A DNA stretch of 64,000 nucleotides from a virus: IMG/VR virus record IMGVR_UViG_3300026488_000011, positions 64,001 through 128,000 of that record; one strand, 5' to 3'. The position numbers were made by a program, and so were the translations under genes. The notes beneath the pieces are model-generated. The model was not told where the DNA came from, searched no databases, and saw only the letters and a list, made by a program, of their open reading frames with translations. Positions 10,819 through 20,342 of the stretch are shown one piece after another (positions within the stretch are counted from its first letter, which is position 1; each line of letters begins with the position of its first letter).

Positions 10819-10879
10819 TCCTTACTCCTTAAGTTCTATATTCACAAAAAAGCAAACCACAGTGACGTAGATATCTACA

Positions 10880-11284
10880 TCACTGAGTTAGTGTTGATTT
10901 TAATTCTACATCCACCTTATAACCTAATGCCGCTATCATATTCTTTATATTAATAGCATCTTCATTAGTGATATTTCTGATTGTGAAAATAGCATCTACC
11001 TGATCTATCGCGATAATACTACTAGGAACAATCCAGTCATTTGCTAACACAACTGTCTTGCCATCCATTGTCTCAAACATCGTATATAGTACATCACGAG
11101 GATTTAATAGTTCTGCGGATGTCTCTTGTATAATAGCCTCCCTAATACTTATCACATCTGAAAACTTAATAGCTATATTAAAATCTACATTTGCTATAGC
11201 TTTTACGTTATTATATGTTTGACCTAGAGTAACAGGTGCTATGGTCGTAAAATTATATCTTTTACCTACTTCGAATAAAGCCAT
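10880..11284 (-). CDS. Conserved phiKZ-like small beta-barrel (SH3-like) protein
   Basis: 134 aa. The pattern FEVGKRYNFTTIAPVTLGQTYNNVK...VVLANDWIVPSSI resembles a small gene near phuZ in phiKZ-like phages. Confidence 0.5.
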   Translation of the reverse strand: MALFEVGKRYNFTTIAPVTLGQTYNNVKAIANVDFNIAIKFSDVISIREAIIQETSAELLNPRDVLYTMFETMDGKTVVLANDWIVPSSIIAIDQVDAIFTIRNITNEDAINIKNMIAALGYKVDVELKSTLTQ

Positions 11285-11333
11285 TTTATCTCCTTACTAT
11301 TTTACCTTTTATCAGAAAAAAGAAAATAACAGT

Positions 11334-11705
11334 CTAGGAACTGTGGTCCCAGACATAAGTTATCTTAGCTATCTTACCATTTACCTCTACAGAAGTAATT
11401 ACAGGATTTTTAAGATGCTGTGTTAATTGTTTAAACTTTGTAATTATATTCCTCCATACAGTATCGGCTATCCTATAACATAATATTGTTTCATTGGCTG
11501 TATCTATCTCTAATCCCAACGATTCAATAGCTTTACATACTACGTCGTCAAAGTCTACCTCTTTTTCAGGAATGTTATCCAATAGCTGGAATATAAAGAA
11601 CGACTTATCGTATGTAGAAGTTAAGCCAAGAGTCCTTAACACATTGACTAGTACTGTAGGTATGTTTATTACCAATATACCTTTATCTCTATTTACTCTC
11701 CTCAT
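11334..11705 (-). CDS. Hypothetical protein, member of the phuZ-downstream array
   Basis: 123 aa; overlaps the upstream gene by 4 nt. Confidence 0.6.
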   Translation of the reverse strand: MRRVNRDKGILVINIPTVLVNVLRTLGLTSTYDKSFFIFQLLDNIPEKEVDFDDVVCKAIESLGLEIDTANETILCYRIADTVWRNIITKFKQLTQHLKNPVITSVEVNGKIAKITYVWDHSS

Positions 11706-12178
11706 TTCTTATGTCCTCCTTTTATTACAAGTATTACTAGTCTAGCATCATCCAACCATTTGTACGGTAATATAGCCTTGACCACTGTTTGCGCCCTAGA
11801 CATTACATCTATTATTATACGATGTAATAATGTTTTATCAGTAAGGACATTTTTTATTTTTAATTGTTCGTCCTCATTGCTTAAAGTAAAATCATTATCG
11901 AACCTAATTTCTTCTATTATGTCACTTATCACGCCTTGATAGTGGATATAGTCATAATTTAGGTTGTATGGATTGTCATACGACAATAATACAAGATGTT
12001 CGATTACGTGCCGTATTAGTCTCTCATCAAGACCATAATGCGTAGTGAGTCTTTTATAAATAGGATTTACATCCAAAACTATTAACTCACTATCGTATTC
12101 ATCGTTGTCTTCTACATATTCTAGCAGATTCTCTTCTAATAAGCTAGATATAGATTCGGAATGTATGCTAGGTCTCAT
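11702..12178 (-). CDS. Hypothetical protein, member of the phuZ-downstream array
   Basis: 158 aa; overlaps both neighbours. Confidence 0.6.
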   Translation of the reverse strand: MRPSIHSESISSLLEENLLEYVEDNDEYDSELIVLDVNPIYKRLTTHYGLDERLIRHVIEHLVLLSYDNPYNLNYDYIHYQGVISDIIEEIRFDNDFTLSNEDEQLKIKNVLTDKTLLHRIIIDVMSRAQTVVKAILPYKWLDDARLVILVIKGGHKK

Positions 12179-12701
12179 TTACTTCTCCGAACAACAGATA
12201 ATCATAGACCCACATCACTGGTATGAACATACTGGTATCTATTTCTTTGGTTATTCCTGCGATTAAATCAAATCTATATCTTTCGTTTGTACGTAACACG
12301 TGGTTATTTATAAATCGATTTATGGCTACCTCTAACCTATTCATAAGTTTATTGGCGGAAGAATAAGGCAACTCAACTAACCCAGGATCCAACATCAATC
12401 TTAGCTCTCCTAAAAGAGCTTTCTTCCAATCTTCGAGTTGTCCGGGATGAGTCAATTCGTAATACTCGATTGCTAACATGTATTCCAACATCACTCTGCC
12501 TCTAAATAAGTCAAACTCCGTCCTGTATTTATCAGATAGTGTTAATTGGTTATCACATACATTTGTTTCTAATCTAATACCATCACAAACTTTACTTAAA
12601 TTTAATGTCTTTAGACTCACAAAGTTATTAGCTCTGTGTTCTATCAGTTCAGCTAGAGTAAGAGTGTATAGTCTTAACCTACCTTTTAAACCTCTTAACA
12701 T
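12168..12701 (-). CDS. Hypothetical protein, member of the phuZ-downstream array
   Basis: 177 aa; SD GGAGG. Confidence 0.65.
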   Translation of the reverse strand: MLRGLKGRLRLYTLTLAELIEHRANNFVSLKTLNLSKVCDGIRLETNVCDNQLTLSDKYRTEFDLFRGRVMLEYMLAIEYYELTHPGQLEDWKKALLGELRLMLDPGLVELPYSSANKLMNRLEVAINRFINNHVLRTNERYRFDLIAGITKEIDTSMFIPVMWVYDYLLFGEVNET

Positions 12702-12713
12702 GTTCCACCTCCT

Positions 12714-13214
12714 TTATTCAATTCCTAGCACAAGATAATTCTCTACCCAACCCAATGGTAATAAATTTTTATGTGGTACAAAAGACAGTTGGTTCTTAAG
12801 CCTAAATGCTAACGGATAAAAGACCTCATCTATTAACCTAAGTATAAATCTGAGAAGTTCCGGTCTATAATCTTCAGACGTCAGATAGACTTGTATAGAC
12901 GGAGAGTAAAACTCTGTTAAAGAAATGGCATCATTTATTTCGTTTAAGAAATCATGCATATAAGATTTCTTTAAATTATCCAGATATCCTGGTTCAAAAT
13001 CATGCAGAGCTAATTCCTCTATTACTGCCTTAGCGATAAAAATTATCATTTGGTAAACTTCTATATTAGCGTCAAATTCTCTAGACGTTAACTCACCTAT
13101 TTTCTCTAGAGGTGAGTTTAAGTTTAATACTCTGTACTCTCTAATGTTTAACGGCTGTAATGCTTCGTAAATATATTCTGTAGCTATCTTTGAATTTAGT
13201 CTTAGATTATGCAT
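12714..13214 (-). CDS. Hypothetical protein, member of the phuZ-downstream array
   Basis: 166 aa; SD AAGGAG. Confidence 0.65.
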   Translation of the reverse strand: MHNLRLNSKIATEYIYEALQPLNIREYRVLNLNSPLEKIGELTSREFDANIEVYQMIIFIAKAVIEELALHDFEPGYLDNLKKSYMHDFLNEINDAISLTEFYSPSIQVYLTSEDYRPELLRFILRLIDEVFYPLAFRLKNQLSFVPHKNLLPLGWVENYLVLGIE

Positions 13215-13230
13215 TTCCCCTCCTTATATT

Positions 13231-13557
13231 TCATTCGTAATAGACTCCTAATTCCACGGCTAATCTTCCTTCATCCTCTATATAATTTAGAACTCTAATA
13301 TCTTTGAACTCATACCTTACCTTACCTACGTTAGACTGTATATATTTATCGAGCGATGTCGTGAATAATGATAATACATCGTATTTAGGCGTAGTTTTTA
13401 ATTTATTCTTAACACTATCGATGTATTTCTCGATGGTTTCTGCGTAGTCTGGATATTGATAATGTTGAATCAATACGTGTTCTGTCTTAACATTATCTAC
13501 TATTGTAAAAAAATAAGACCTAAAGTGAGTTAGGTCTAAATAGACCTTTTCTACCAT
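13231..13557 (-). CDS. Hypothetical protein, member of the phuZ-downstream array
   Basis: 108 aa; SD GGAG. Confidence 0.6.
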   Translation of the reverse strand: MVEKVYLDLTHFRSYFFTIVDNVKTEHVLIQHYQYPDYAETIEKYIDSVKNKLKTTPKYDVLSLFTTSLDKYIQSNVGKVRYEFKDIRVLNYIEDEGRLAVELGVYYE

Positions 13558-14042
13558 TTTAGGTCTCCTATTATTAACACCTTAAATATAGTATCAGCCA
13601 CGTCATAGACGATGGCTGCGTTAGTAGGTATCTCGTCTTCTATGATTTTAAATCTACCATATACATAATCCGATTTTGTCACGGTAGATATTTTGTAATA
13701 AAACCTCGCTCTGATATCTAAAATTTCTGAAGCTATTTTTTCTTCATCCTTTATCTCTACCGTTAAGAAACGAGATCTAGCTTCTTCTGCTAGCGTGTAT
13801 TTAAAAGACAGTACAAATTCTCTAGCTTCAAAATCCTGACCAATGTATAGTAACTTTAGTATTATCGATTCTCTAACAGAATCAATAATGTCTTTTTCAA
13901 ACTCTTTCTTGTAATCTAAGGCAGGTAAAAATCTTTCCGCCTGTATTGGAAAGTTTATAGCTACCACGCCCTTTAACAGATCCTTTGGTATTTTGCTTAC
14001 ATAATTTTCCAGTAAGTCAGTACTGAAAATATAGTTAAACAT
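13551..14042 (-). CDS. Hypothetical protein, member of the phuZ-downstream array
   Basis: 163 aa; SD AAGGAG. Confidence 0.65.
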   Translation of the reverse strand: MFNYIFSTDLLENYVSKIPKDLLKGVVAINFPIQAERFLPALDYKKEFEKDIIDSVRESIILKLLYIGQDFEAREFVLSFKYTLAEEARSRFLTVEIKDEEKIASEILDIRARFYYKISTVTKSDYVYGRFKIIEDEIPTNAAIVYDVADTIFKVLIIGDLKW

Positions 14043-14052
14043 GCTTTCTCCT

Positions 14053-14781
14053 TTAAGTCTCTTTATTCAACAACTTTAATACACTGTTTAGAAGATATCT
14101 TCTGCTACTAGGAGAAGGTAAAATATCTATCTTAAACATTTCTTCACTAGTATAAATCCTAAACGTATTGTGTTCATGTCCTCTTAAAACATTATAGACG
14201 GATTCTCTTATATTGGAAATACAACTAGGCATATGATCTATAAATTCTGGGTTAAAGCCCAACGATAGGATGTATTGTTCAATGGTCTCTATGTCCCTTA
14301 TATCGGAATGCAAGAATACGTCATTACTTATACCCATTATATCTTCATAAATCAAGTCTACTTCCGGATTATTCATTTCCATAAACTTTATTACGAAGTA
14401 TTCAGATATTAGCTGGATCATATGTCTAGCTGATATATACGGTCTTATCGAACCCACATCCTCGTATGTTAAAGGTTCTTTTCTGGTAAAAATGGTATTA
14501 CCAGATAATAGAAACTTCTTTACTTCTTCTATATCTTTAAATATCATAGATCCGGTATTTGTATAAACTGGTGTGTTGAATAGGAATACCAATTCCTCTC
14601 CGGTAAATATTCCCTCGTTCATCATGAATTTATTTGGATTAGAAGATACTACAAAATGTTGTAACCTCTTTTGACACATAGGAATGGGTACCACGAGACT
14701 TTTGGTGTTATCATATGCTGAGTTATCAATAGCAGGACTAGTAGGTGTTAGTCTCAAGGTTATGGGCAATTTTCTCCACAT
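14053..14781 (-). CDS. Hypothetical protein, largest member of the phuZ-downstream array
   Basis: 242 aa; SD GGAG. Confidence 0.65.
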   Translation of the reverse strand: MWRKLPITLRLTPTSPAIDNSAYDNTKSLVVPIPMCQKRLQHFVVSSNPNKFMMNEGIFTGEELVFLFNTPVYTNTGSMIFKDIEEVKKFLLSGNTIFTRKEPLTYEDVGSIRPYISARHMIQLISEYFVIKFMEMNNPEVDLIYEDIMGISNDVFLHSDIRDIETIEQYILSLGFNPEFIDHMPSCISNIRESVYNVLRGHEHNTFRIYTSEEMFKIDILPSPSSRRYLLNSVLKLLNKET

Positions 14782-14783
14782 GA

Positions 14784-15068
14784 TTACTCCTTTACATCAA
14801 AAACTAGTACTAGAAAAGTATCCCTGAAAAACTTATCCGTGACAACTATATCGGAGTACTTACTCAATACTGACAAAATATTCCAGATTTTAGTACTTAG
14901 TTTAGTATAAGTTTTTTCTTCTAATTTTACAGGGCCTTTTTCATAGACACTAATCTGTGGAAACATTTCTCCCAACAGTTTACTGACTATAAAGACTACT
15001 TCCTCCCTACTATGTCCAGCGTTAAAAGCACACTCCATATCTATAGCTATTATAATCTTCATACTCAT
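14784..15068 (-). CDS. Hypothetical protein, member of the phuZ-downstream array
   Basis: 94 aa; SD AAGGA. Confidence 0.6.
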   Translation of the reverse strand: MSMKIIIAIDMECAFNAGHSREEVVFIVSKLLGEMFPQISVYEKGPVKLEEKTYTKLSTKIWNILSVLSKYSDIVVTDKFFRDTFLVLVFDVKE

Positions 15069-15125
15069 CCTTTAACAAAAAATAATATCGCTATACAGAC
15101 TCAAGAGAGTCTGCTAGCGTTATTT

Positions 15126-16151
15126 TTATAACACCAACCCATCGTCTTCTAAGCTATCTTCCAGCTGATCAAAAGTAGAAGACTGGGTGACTTTTAATTT
15201 CTCTAACTCTTTATGTCTATAACTAAGATTTTCTAAATCTGTATTTAATTCGTTCTTTTTAAAAGTCAGATAGAGCGGAAATACCTTATCTCCAAAGATT
15301 TCCTTATGCTCCTCTGTAATAACGCCTACCTTGTTATGTAGAAGAGGTACTTCTATCTTGTAGTCTTTAATAGACGGCAATAGAGCTGTCCGAGCTAAGA
15401 TAGCGTTATAGTCGTCTAATATTCCTATTTTAGTTCCTAATTTATAAATACCGGGTTCTACTGTGAAACTCTTATATCTAGTGGGAATAAAGAAGTTATT
15501 CATGTCTTGGTGATCTATATCCTGCATAGTACCTGATATAAACATAGAAACCAGCGAAAGATATCTCAGGATGTTTCTATTTACTTCCTTTTCAGATTTA
15601 GGACTAGTTGAACCTTGTATGCTATTGCTAAAGTAAACTATACCTTGCGCAGTATTTGTCAACTTAGCCAATTTATTAAGACCTACTAAAGTGTTGATTG
15701 TATTTGTTACCGCTAATAAATTTGATTCATCTCCGACCACCACTGGGATAGTGGTCAAATCTTTTGCTCTCATGTATTTGAACAATAGCGATCCAATAAT
15801 ACTACCAGAACCGCCACTAGCACTATTAATGATTACATGGTATTCGTTTTTATTAGGTTTGATAGAATCTACGTAAGGTTTAATATTCTCTTCGATATCT
15901 TTAACTAAACCTACGTCTTTTCTTTCACCAGACATACCATCCAGAGCTTCTTTAGAGAATCTTTTAGATGTTACTTTTAAGAAACTCTCTGTTAAACTAC
16001 TGTATTTAGACACAGTTTTATCAGTCGTATCTAAAGAATTTACCTCCACTTCCGAAAATGAGCTTCCTAACGTTCTTAACTCCTCTATTATATCAGCAGT
16101 AATATTAATACCGGCTCCTCCGCATGCATGGATAATCATTTTACCTCTCAT
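15126..16151 (-). CDS. phuZ: Phage tubulin PhuZ
   Basis: 341 aa. Tubulin/FtsZ motifs HACGGAGINI, LDT and SASGGSGSIIG, plus the acidic C-terminal tail EDDGLVL typical of PhuZ. Confidence 0.93.
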   Translation of the reverse strand: MRGKMIIHACGGAGINITADIIEELRTLGSSFSEVEVNSLDTTDKTVSKYSSLTESFLKVTSKRFSKEALDGMSGERKDVGLVKDIEENIKPYVDSIKPNKNEYHVIINSASGGSGSIIGSLLFKYMRAKDLTTIPVVVGDESNLLAVTNTINTLVGLNKLAKLTNTAQGIVYFSNSIQGSTSPKSEKEVNRNILRYLSLVSMFISGTMQDIDHQDMNNFFIPTRYKSFTVEPGIYKLGTKIGILDDYNAILARTALLPSIKDYKIEVPLLHNKVGVITEEHKEIFGDKVFPLYLTFKKNELNTDLENLSYRHKELEKLKVTQSSTFDQLEDSLEDDGLVL

Positions 16152-16213
16152 TGTTTCTCCTTTTTTTCGATTTTACTTTGTTTTAACAAAGTGTAAATAA
16201 TTTTGTTTAAATT

Positions 16214-16414
16214 CTAACTCTGTGCAAATGATTTATTTTTTTCTAGATCTTTTTTAGTGTATTTAACGATGCCTACATCATCGTATCCTTTTTCCAGCCA
16301 AAGTAACGCGATCTTATTAGCTTCTTTTAGAGTTACTAAATAATCATTGACTTCTACACCACCTACAAACACAGAATATCTTTTTTCTTTCATAAGTTTA
16401 CTATTTTTAGACAT
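16214..16414 (-). CDS. Hypothetical protein
   Basis: 66 aa in the phuZ operon. Confidence 0.5.
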   Translation of the reverse strand: MSKNSKLMKEKRYSVFVGGVEVNDYLVTLKEANKIALLWLEKGYDDVGIVKYTKKDLEKNKSFAQS

Positions 16415-16415
16415 A

Positions 16416-16667
16416 TTAGACTCCTTGTCTTAGTTTATTGGTTATATGATAATCCTTGATCTTCTTCTTCATAACTAGATTTAGCAAAGTTTTCTCTAGT
16501 TCTTCAGTATTTACTGTCTTTAACTCACCTTTCCTAACATAAAGACTGGTAAAACCTTCAATATTTTTACCAGTCTTTAATGGCCCAGCTTTACTAACAA
16601 AATTTTCGTCAATACCGATGTTCTTTTCCAACACCAGCATTGCTACGTATTCGTTTCTATCTTTCAT
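16416..16667 (-). CDS. Hypothetical protein
   Basis: 83 aa; SD AAGGAG. Confidence 0.6.
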   Translation of the reverse strand: MKDRNEYVAMLVLEKNIGIDENFVSKAGPLKTGKNIEGFTSLYVRKGELKTVNTEELEKTLLNLVMKKKIKDYHITNKLRQGV

Positions 16668-16687
16668 ATTTGCTCCTTCTATAATAT

Positions 16688-16768
16688 TTATTCTGGCGAC
16701 CTAAGCAGTAAAAAGATACTAGCTAAAAATACAACTCCAGACATAATTGCACCCATAAACATATCCAT
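16688..16768 (-). CDS. Unannotated 26-aa hydrophobic micro-protein MDMFMGAIMSGVVFLASIFLLLRSPE
   Basis: SD AAAGGAGG 6 nt upstream; first ORF after an early promoter; one TM-like segment. Confidence 0.6.
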   Translation of the reverse strand: MDMFMGAIMSGVVFLASIFLLLRSPE

Positions 16769-16788
16769 TTTAACCTCCTTTGTTAAGC

Positions 16789-16807
16789 TTGTCTAGTTAA
16801 TAATATA
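16789..16807 (-). promoter_or_regulatory. Early promoter motif at the head of the phuZ operon
   Basis: TATATTATTAACTAGACAA; near-identical copies at 25051 and 31553. Confidence 0.7.
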
Positions 16808-16824
16808 AGGGTGTAAAAATATAG

Positions 16825-16852
16825 ACCTACAGAGGATTATTCCTCTGTAGGT
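16825..16852 (-). terminator. Terminator with the stop codon in its loop
   Basis: ACCTACAGAGGA-ttat-TCCTCTGTAGGT. Confidence 0.8.
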
Positions 16853-18846
16853 AATTTATAACCTCTATTTCTTTTGTCGTAGATAGGATCACTAATTATT
16901 AGACTCCCATCTGAATTAATCCCTACGTTACCGTAATGTATATCTAACACCAATGGACTCGTATCTTTAAACCCTCTAACGAAATCATATAGCGCTTCTA
17001 CCTGATCTCTTAAATCCGGATGAATAGACTCATCATCGGATATTTCATCCAGAATCATTTCTAGTTCTTTTTTAATGCTCACATAACCGTATAAATTACT
17101 TATTCTATCATCCACTCTATTACATGTCTCTATAAAATATCTGATATGTTTATTATTTCTACCAGGGAATTCCAGTTTATCCACTTCTATAACATAAAAT
17201 GGTTTCAGACCAGGAATAGTGAATGTTTCTGTATTTAATACGTTAAATCTATCCCTTATTCTATTCAACCACATAAATTTAATAATATCAGATGTCAACA
17301 ATATGACTGTGTCATCCAACGTAATAGCAGTTGTAGCTACACCGTTATTAATATCGTAATCCTTATCAGAGATCAGTCTGATATTTTTCTCTCCAAGTTT
17401 TAACTCTAAATTGTATTTGGATTTAATATATTTATTAACTTCATCCAGTAATGCAGGAGATGCTTTAAATAGTTTTACAGGTGGCCAGTATTCCAGTTTA
17501 GTCACATATTCCTCATTACCGAGAGTCAGTTCCTCTGCTCCGAGTTCAATTTTCTTACCTAGATAATGAAAGTCGTTATCTATTAGTTCTTCTATCAGTT
17601 TCTCAATCTCTTTACTAGGCTTAAGTGTTGCACCGAAATTAAAACCTGTTCCTTGGTAATGGATTAAAAATGAAAACACTGATTCCTCTTCTAGTTTCTT
17701 CATAATTTCTTCCAGTGCATCAATTTGTTTAATTGTTTCTTGCAAATCTTTTTTGTTTAGTTTATAAGATCTAAGTATTCTTATTAGATCTAATTTTATT
17801 TTCTTTATTCTATCAGGAAACTTATCATACCTACCTGCATCCATCATAAACATGCGAATTAAAATGTTTATTAGAAGATAAGATCCAATCAAAAATAGCG
17901 TAGCCCAGAATGTAAATAAAACGTTTGAGCTAAATGACCATAAATAAAATAGAATCATGAGTGTCAAATTTATAAGACCTAATAAACCGGACATAAATAT
18001 TTTCTTATACTCAGGATTGAAGTATTTAATAAGTCCAGTTGCTAAGTACTCTCCGTAACCAAACCTGACTGCAAAATCGTCAGCATTCAACTCTACCTGA
18101 TTATTATTCTTATAATCTGTACCTAGCTTCCTTAATAAGTTATCTAACGGTTCTACCAATCTGTTTACAGTATTGATTGCTAAAAGTGCTTGGTCTTTTT
18201 TATTTAACTTATCTATTTTCTCTCCAGTAACTATTTCTAATTCCTTAATAACCTTGTCTAAATTTCCAGATTTAGCAGCTAACCATGCCTCTATCAAGTG
18301 TATATTATTCTGTACTGAGTATGCCATAAATTCGAAACTAGTAAAACAATGTCCTATCTCATGCATAATTACAGCTGCTATTTCCTTTTTACTTAAGTGA
18401 TTTCCCTCGATTTCGTTAGAGTCTATGAATAACCAACCTTTAACATTCTTAGGAACACCTAATACTTTTGCTTTCTCGTAGTCAATTTTTATTTTTACAG
18501 ACTTTAATATTTTATAGTTCTCTAGTAATGTTTTTTCAATACCACTTGTTGGTTTTACTTCATGTATGTCTCCCACTGGAACATTTACCTCGGTAAGTAC
18601 TGCAGGTGGTATACATGCAAATCCATCATCACTGCTTTTAACTAATAATCTAAATCCAAATCTGTCGTATATCATGTCTGACAGTTTATTAAAATGTTCT
18701 AACCTTACTCCTGTATCTTGCATCTCTTCTATTAGTGTCTCTAACTGTAAATTAAACGGATCATCGTACATAGGATGTACTAGTGTTTCAAAACCTTCTT
18801 TAACATTTTCCGATTTTGTTTTTTCCGGAATAAATTTATCAAACAT
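16837..18846 (-). CDS. Zn metallopeptidase (HEXXH, M48-like) with TM segments, fused to a C-terminal protein-kinase-like domain
   Basis: AVIMHEIGH and ELNADDFAVRFGYGEYLATGL; two hydrophobic helices; C-terminal LDIHYGNV...IISDP. Confidence 0.7.
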   Translation of the reverse strand: MFDKFIPEKTKSENVKEGFETLVHPMYDDPFNLQLETLIEEMQDTGVRLEHFNKLSDMIYDRFGFRLLVKSSDDGFACIPPAVLTEVNVPVGDIHEVKPTSGIEKTLLENYKILKSVKIKIDYEKAKVLGVPKNVKGWLFIDSNEIEGNHLSKKEIAAVIMHEIGHCFTSFEFMAYSVQNNIHLIEAWLAAKSGNLDKVIKELEIVTGEKIDKLNKKDQALLAINTVNRLVEPLDNLLRKLGTDYKNNNQVELNADDFAVRFGYGEYLATGLIKYFNPEYKKIFMSGLLGLINLTLMILFYLWSFSSNVLFTFWATLFLIGSYLLINILIRMFMMDAGRYDKFPDRIKKIKLDLIRILRSYKLNKKDLQETIKQIDALEEIMKKLEEESVFSFLIHYQGTGFNFGATLKPSKEIEKLIEELIDNDFHYLGKKIELGAEELTLGNEEYVTKLEYWPPVKLFKASPALLDEVNKYIKSKYNLELKLGEKNIRLISDKDYDINNGVATTAITLDDTVILLTSDIIKFMWLNRIRDRFNVLNTETFTIPGLKPFYVIEVDKLEFPGRNNKHIRYFIETCNRVDDRISNLYGYVSIKKELEMILDEISDDESIHPDLRDQVEALYDFVRGFKDTSPLVLDIHYGNVGINSDGSLIISDPIYDKRNRGYKLPTEE

Positions 18847-18924
18847 TCTTTTCTCCTTAATATCGTTAAGATTTCAATTAAACCACGCATTCATTGAAGA
18901 TAAATCTAACATAAAGGAGAAAAT

Positions 18925-20304
18925 ATGGACAATTATGTATCCATAGATACAGTGGACATAATGGAGAATATAATAGCTTTAGAAAGCTATTTAGAATTTG
19001 AAGATACTATAGAGAAGATGAACGAAAAAGAACAAGAATTGGTACTGAGACCAATTACTGCTGGTAATGAAAGTGTTAAGGAAACTGTAAACAAAATGAT
19101 TAAAACAGTGGTAGAGAATGTAAAAAAGCTTTGGAAAGCTATAAAACAACTTATCAAAAAGATTATAGACTGGGTTAGAGGGTTGTTTGGTAAAAATAAA
19201 AAGAAGAACATAGATATAGCTAAAGAAGTTGAAAAACAAATGGAAGAAGAAACTGCAAAATACCTAGAAAATAAAAAAGAAATAGTAGTTAAGTTAGATA
19301 AAGTAAAAGAAGAACAAAAAGAAAATGATGAAGAATTAAAAGCCATAGAATTTAACTTAGCTAAAAGTTTTCTAATCATGTACACGGATAAAGCTATTGA
19401 TTTAATAAACTCTGGTAAATTAAAACTTAAAAAAGATATAGAGATGAAAATCAAAAAAGAGTTGTTCTCAATAGCCTTTACCGATAAGGAAATTTCTCCT
19501 AAAAGATTTCTAGAATTTACAGCAGCACAAGGTATTTTTATTAAACAATTAGACGTTGTCCTAGAGTACGAAGGTATTAGAATAATTGATAAAAGCAAAG
19601 GAACTGGACTGGACTTAGTTTTAGCTGCTTCTCCGGTAAGATTGAAGAAAACTAGTCTTGATGATGCTATTATTAAAGTAATACAAAGACATTATAAATC
19701 TGCGTTTGTGGTAGATACCGATAGCTTTACTAGACATAGATTAAAATTCAGAATAGCTGATATGAAGAGCGCTGGACATGTTTCTTTCGCCATAGACAAA
19801 GCTAAGAAGTATAACAAAGTAAAAATATCAGATATAGAAAAGAATCCTGAAAAGTATAAAGCTATTGAAGACTTAATTAATAAAGCTAAAAAATGTAAAA
19901 CAGAGTTCCTCACACTAGACGGTGATAGCAAGATACCTGGATTTAATTTAAGTAAGACTAAGTTGATCTTACCTAAATTATCAGATATGACTGAAATTGC
20001 TACGACCATGGATAAAGTTAAAGCCTTGGCTAAAGACATGACTGATAAATTGGATAAGTTACTGAAAGAAACTGATAAGGCTATTGAGGATTATACTAAA
20101 AGCAATCAAAATCCTATCCTGCTAAATGCTTTAAAAGTATTTATTAAAAAATACAGATTTATTAATCAAGGTTATCTATCTACCTTAGCCGATAGTAATA
20201 AAACAATTGAAGACTACTTATACTTCAGAACTGTACTACATTTATCCCCTAACTATTTCGAAAATGAACCTTTAGAAATAGCTGAAATGTTAAAACCAGA
20301 ATAA
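18925..20304 (+). CDS. Putative internal head (ejection/inner-body-like) protein
   Basis: 459 aa. Acidic N-terminus, then AGNES, then the amphipathic helix VKKLWKAIKQLIKKIIDWVRGLF, a layout typical of phiKZ head proteins with propeptides. Confidence 0.55.
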   Translation: MDNYVSIDTVDIMENIIALESYLEFEDTIEKMNEKEQELVLRPITAGNESVKETVNKMIKTVVENVKKLWKAIKQLIKKIIDWVRGLFGKNKKKNIDIAKEVEKQMEEETAKYLENKKEIVVKLDKVKEEQKENDEELKAIEFNLAKSFLIMYTDKAIDLINSGKLKLKKDIEMKIKKELFSIAFTDKEISPKRFLEFTAAQGIFIKQLDVVLEYEGIRIIDKSKGTGLDLVLAASPVRLKKTSLDDAIIKVIQRHYKSAFVVDTDSFTRHRLKFRIADMKSAGHVSFAIDKAKKYNKVKISDIEKNPEKYKAIEDLINKAKKCKTEFLTLDGDSKIPGFNLSKTKLILPKLSDMTEIATTMDKVKALAKDMTDKLDKLLKETDKAIEDYTKSNQNPILLNALKVFIKKYRFINQGYLSTLADSNKTIEDYLYFRTVLHLSPNYFENEPLEIAEMLKPE

Positions 20305-20310
20305 AAATAT

Positions 20311-20342
20311 ATGTTACCACTGGATTAATCCAGTGGTAACAT
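20311..20342. terminator. Bidirectional terminator
   Basis: Perfect 32-bp palindrome ATGTTACCACTGGATTAATCCAGTGGTAACAT. Confidence 0.85.
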
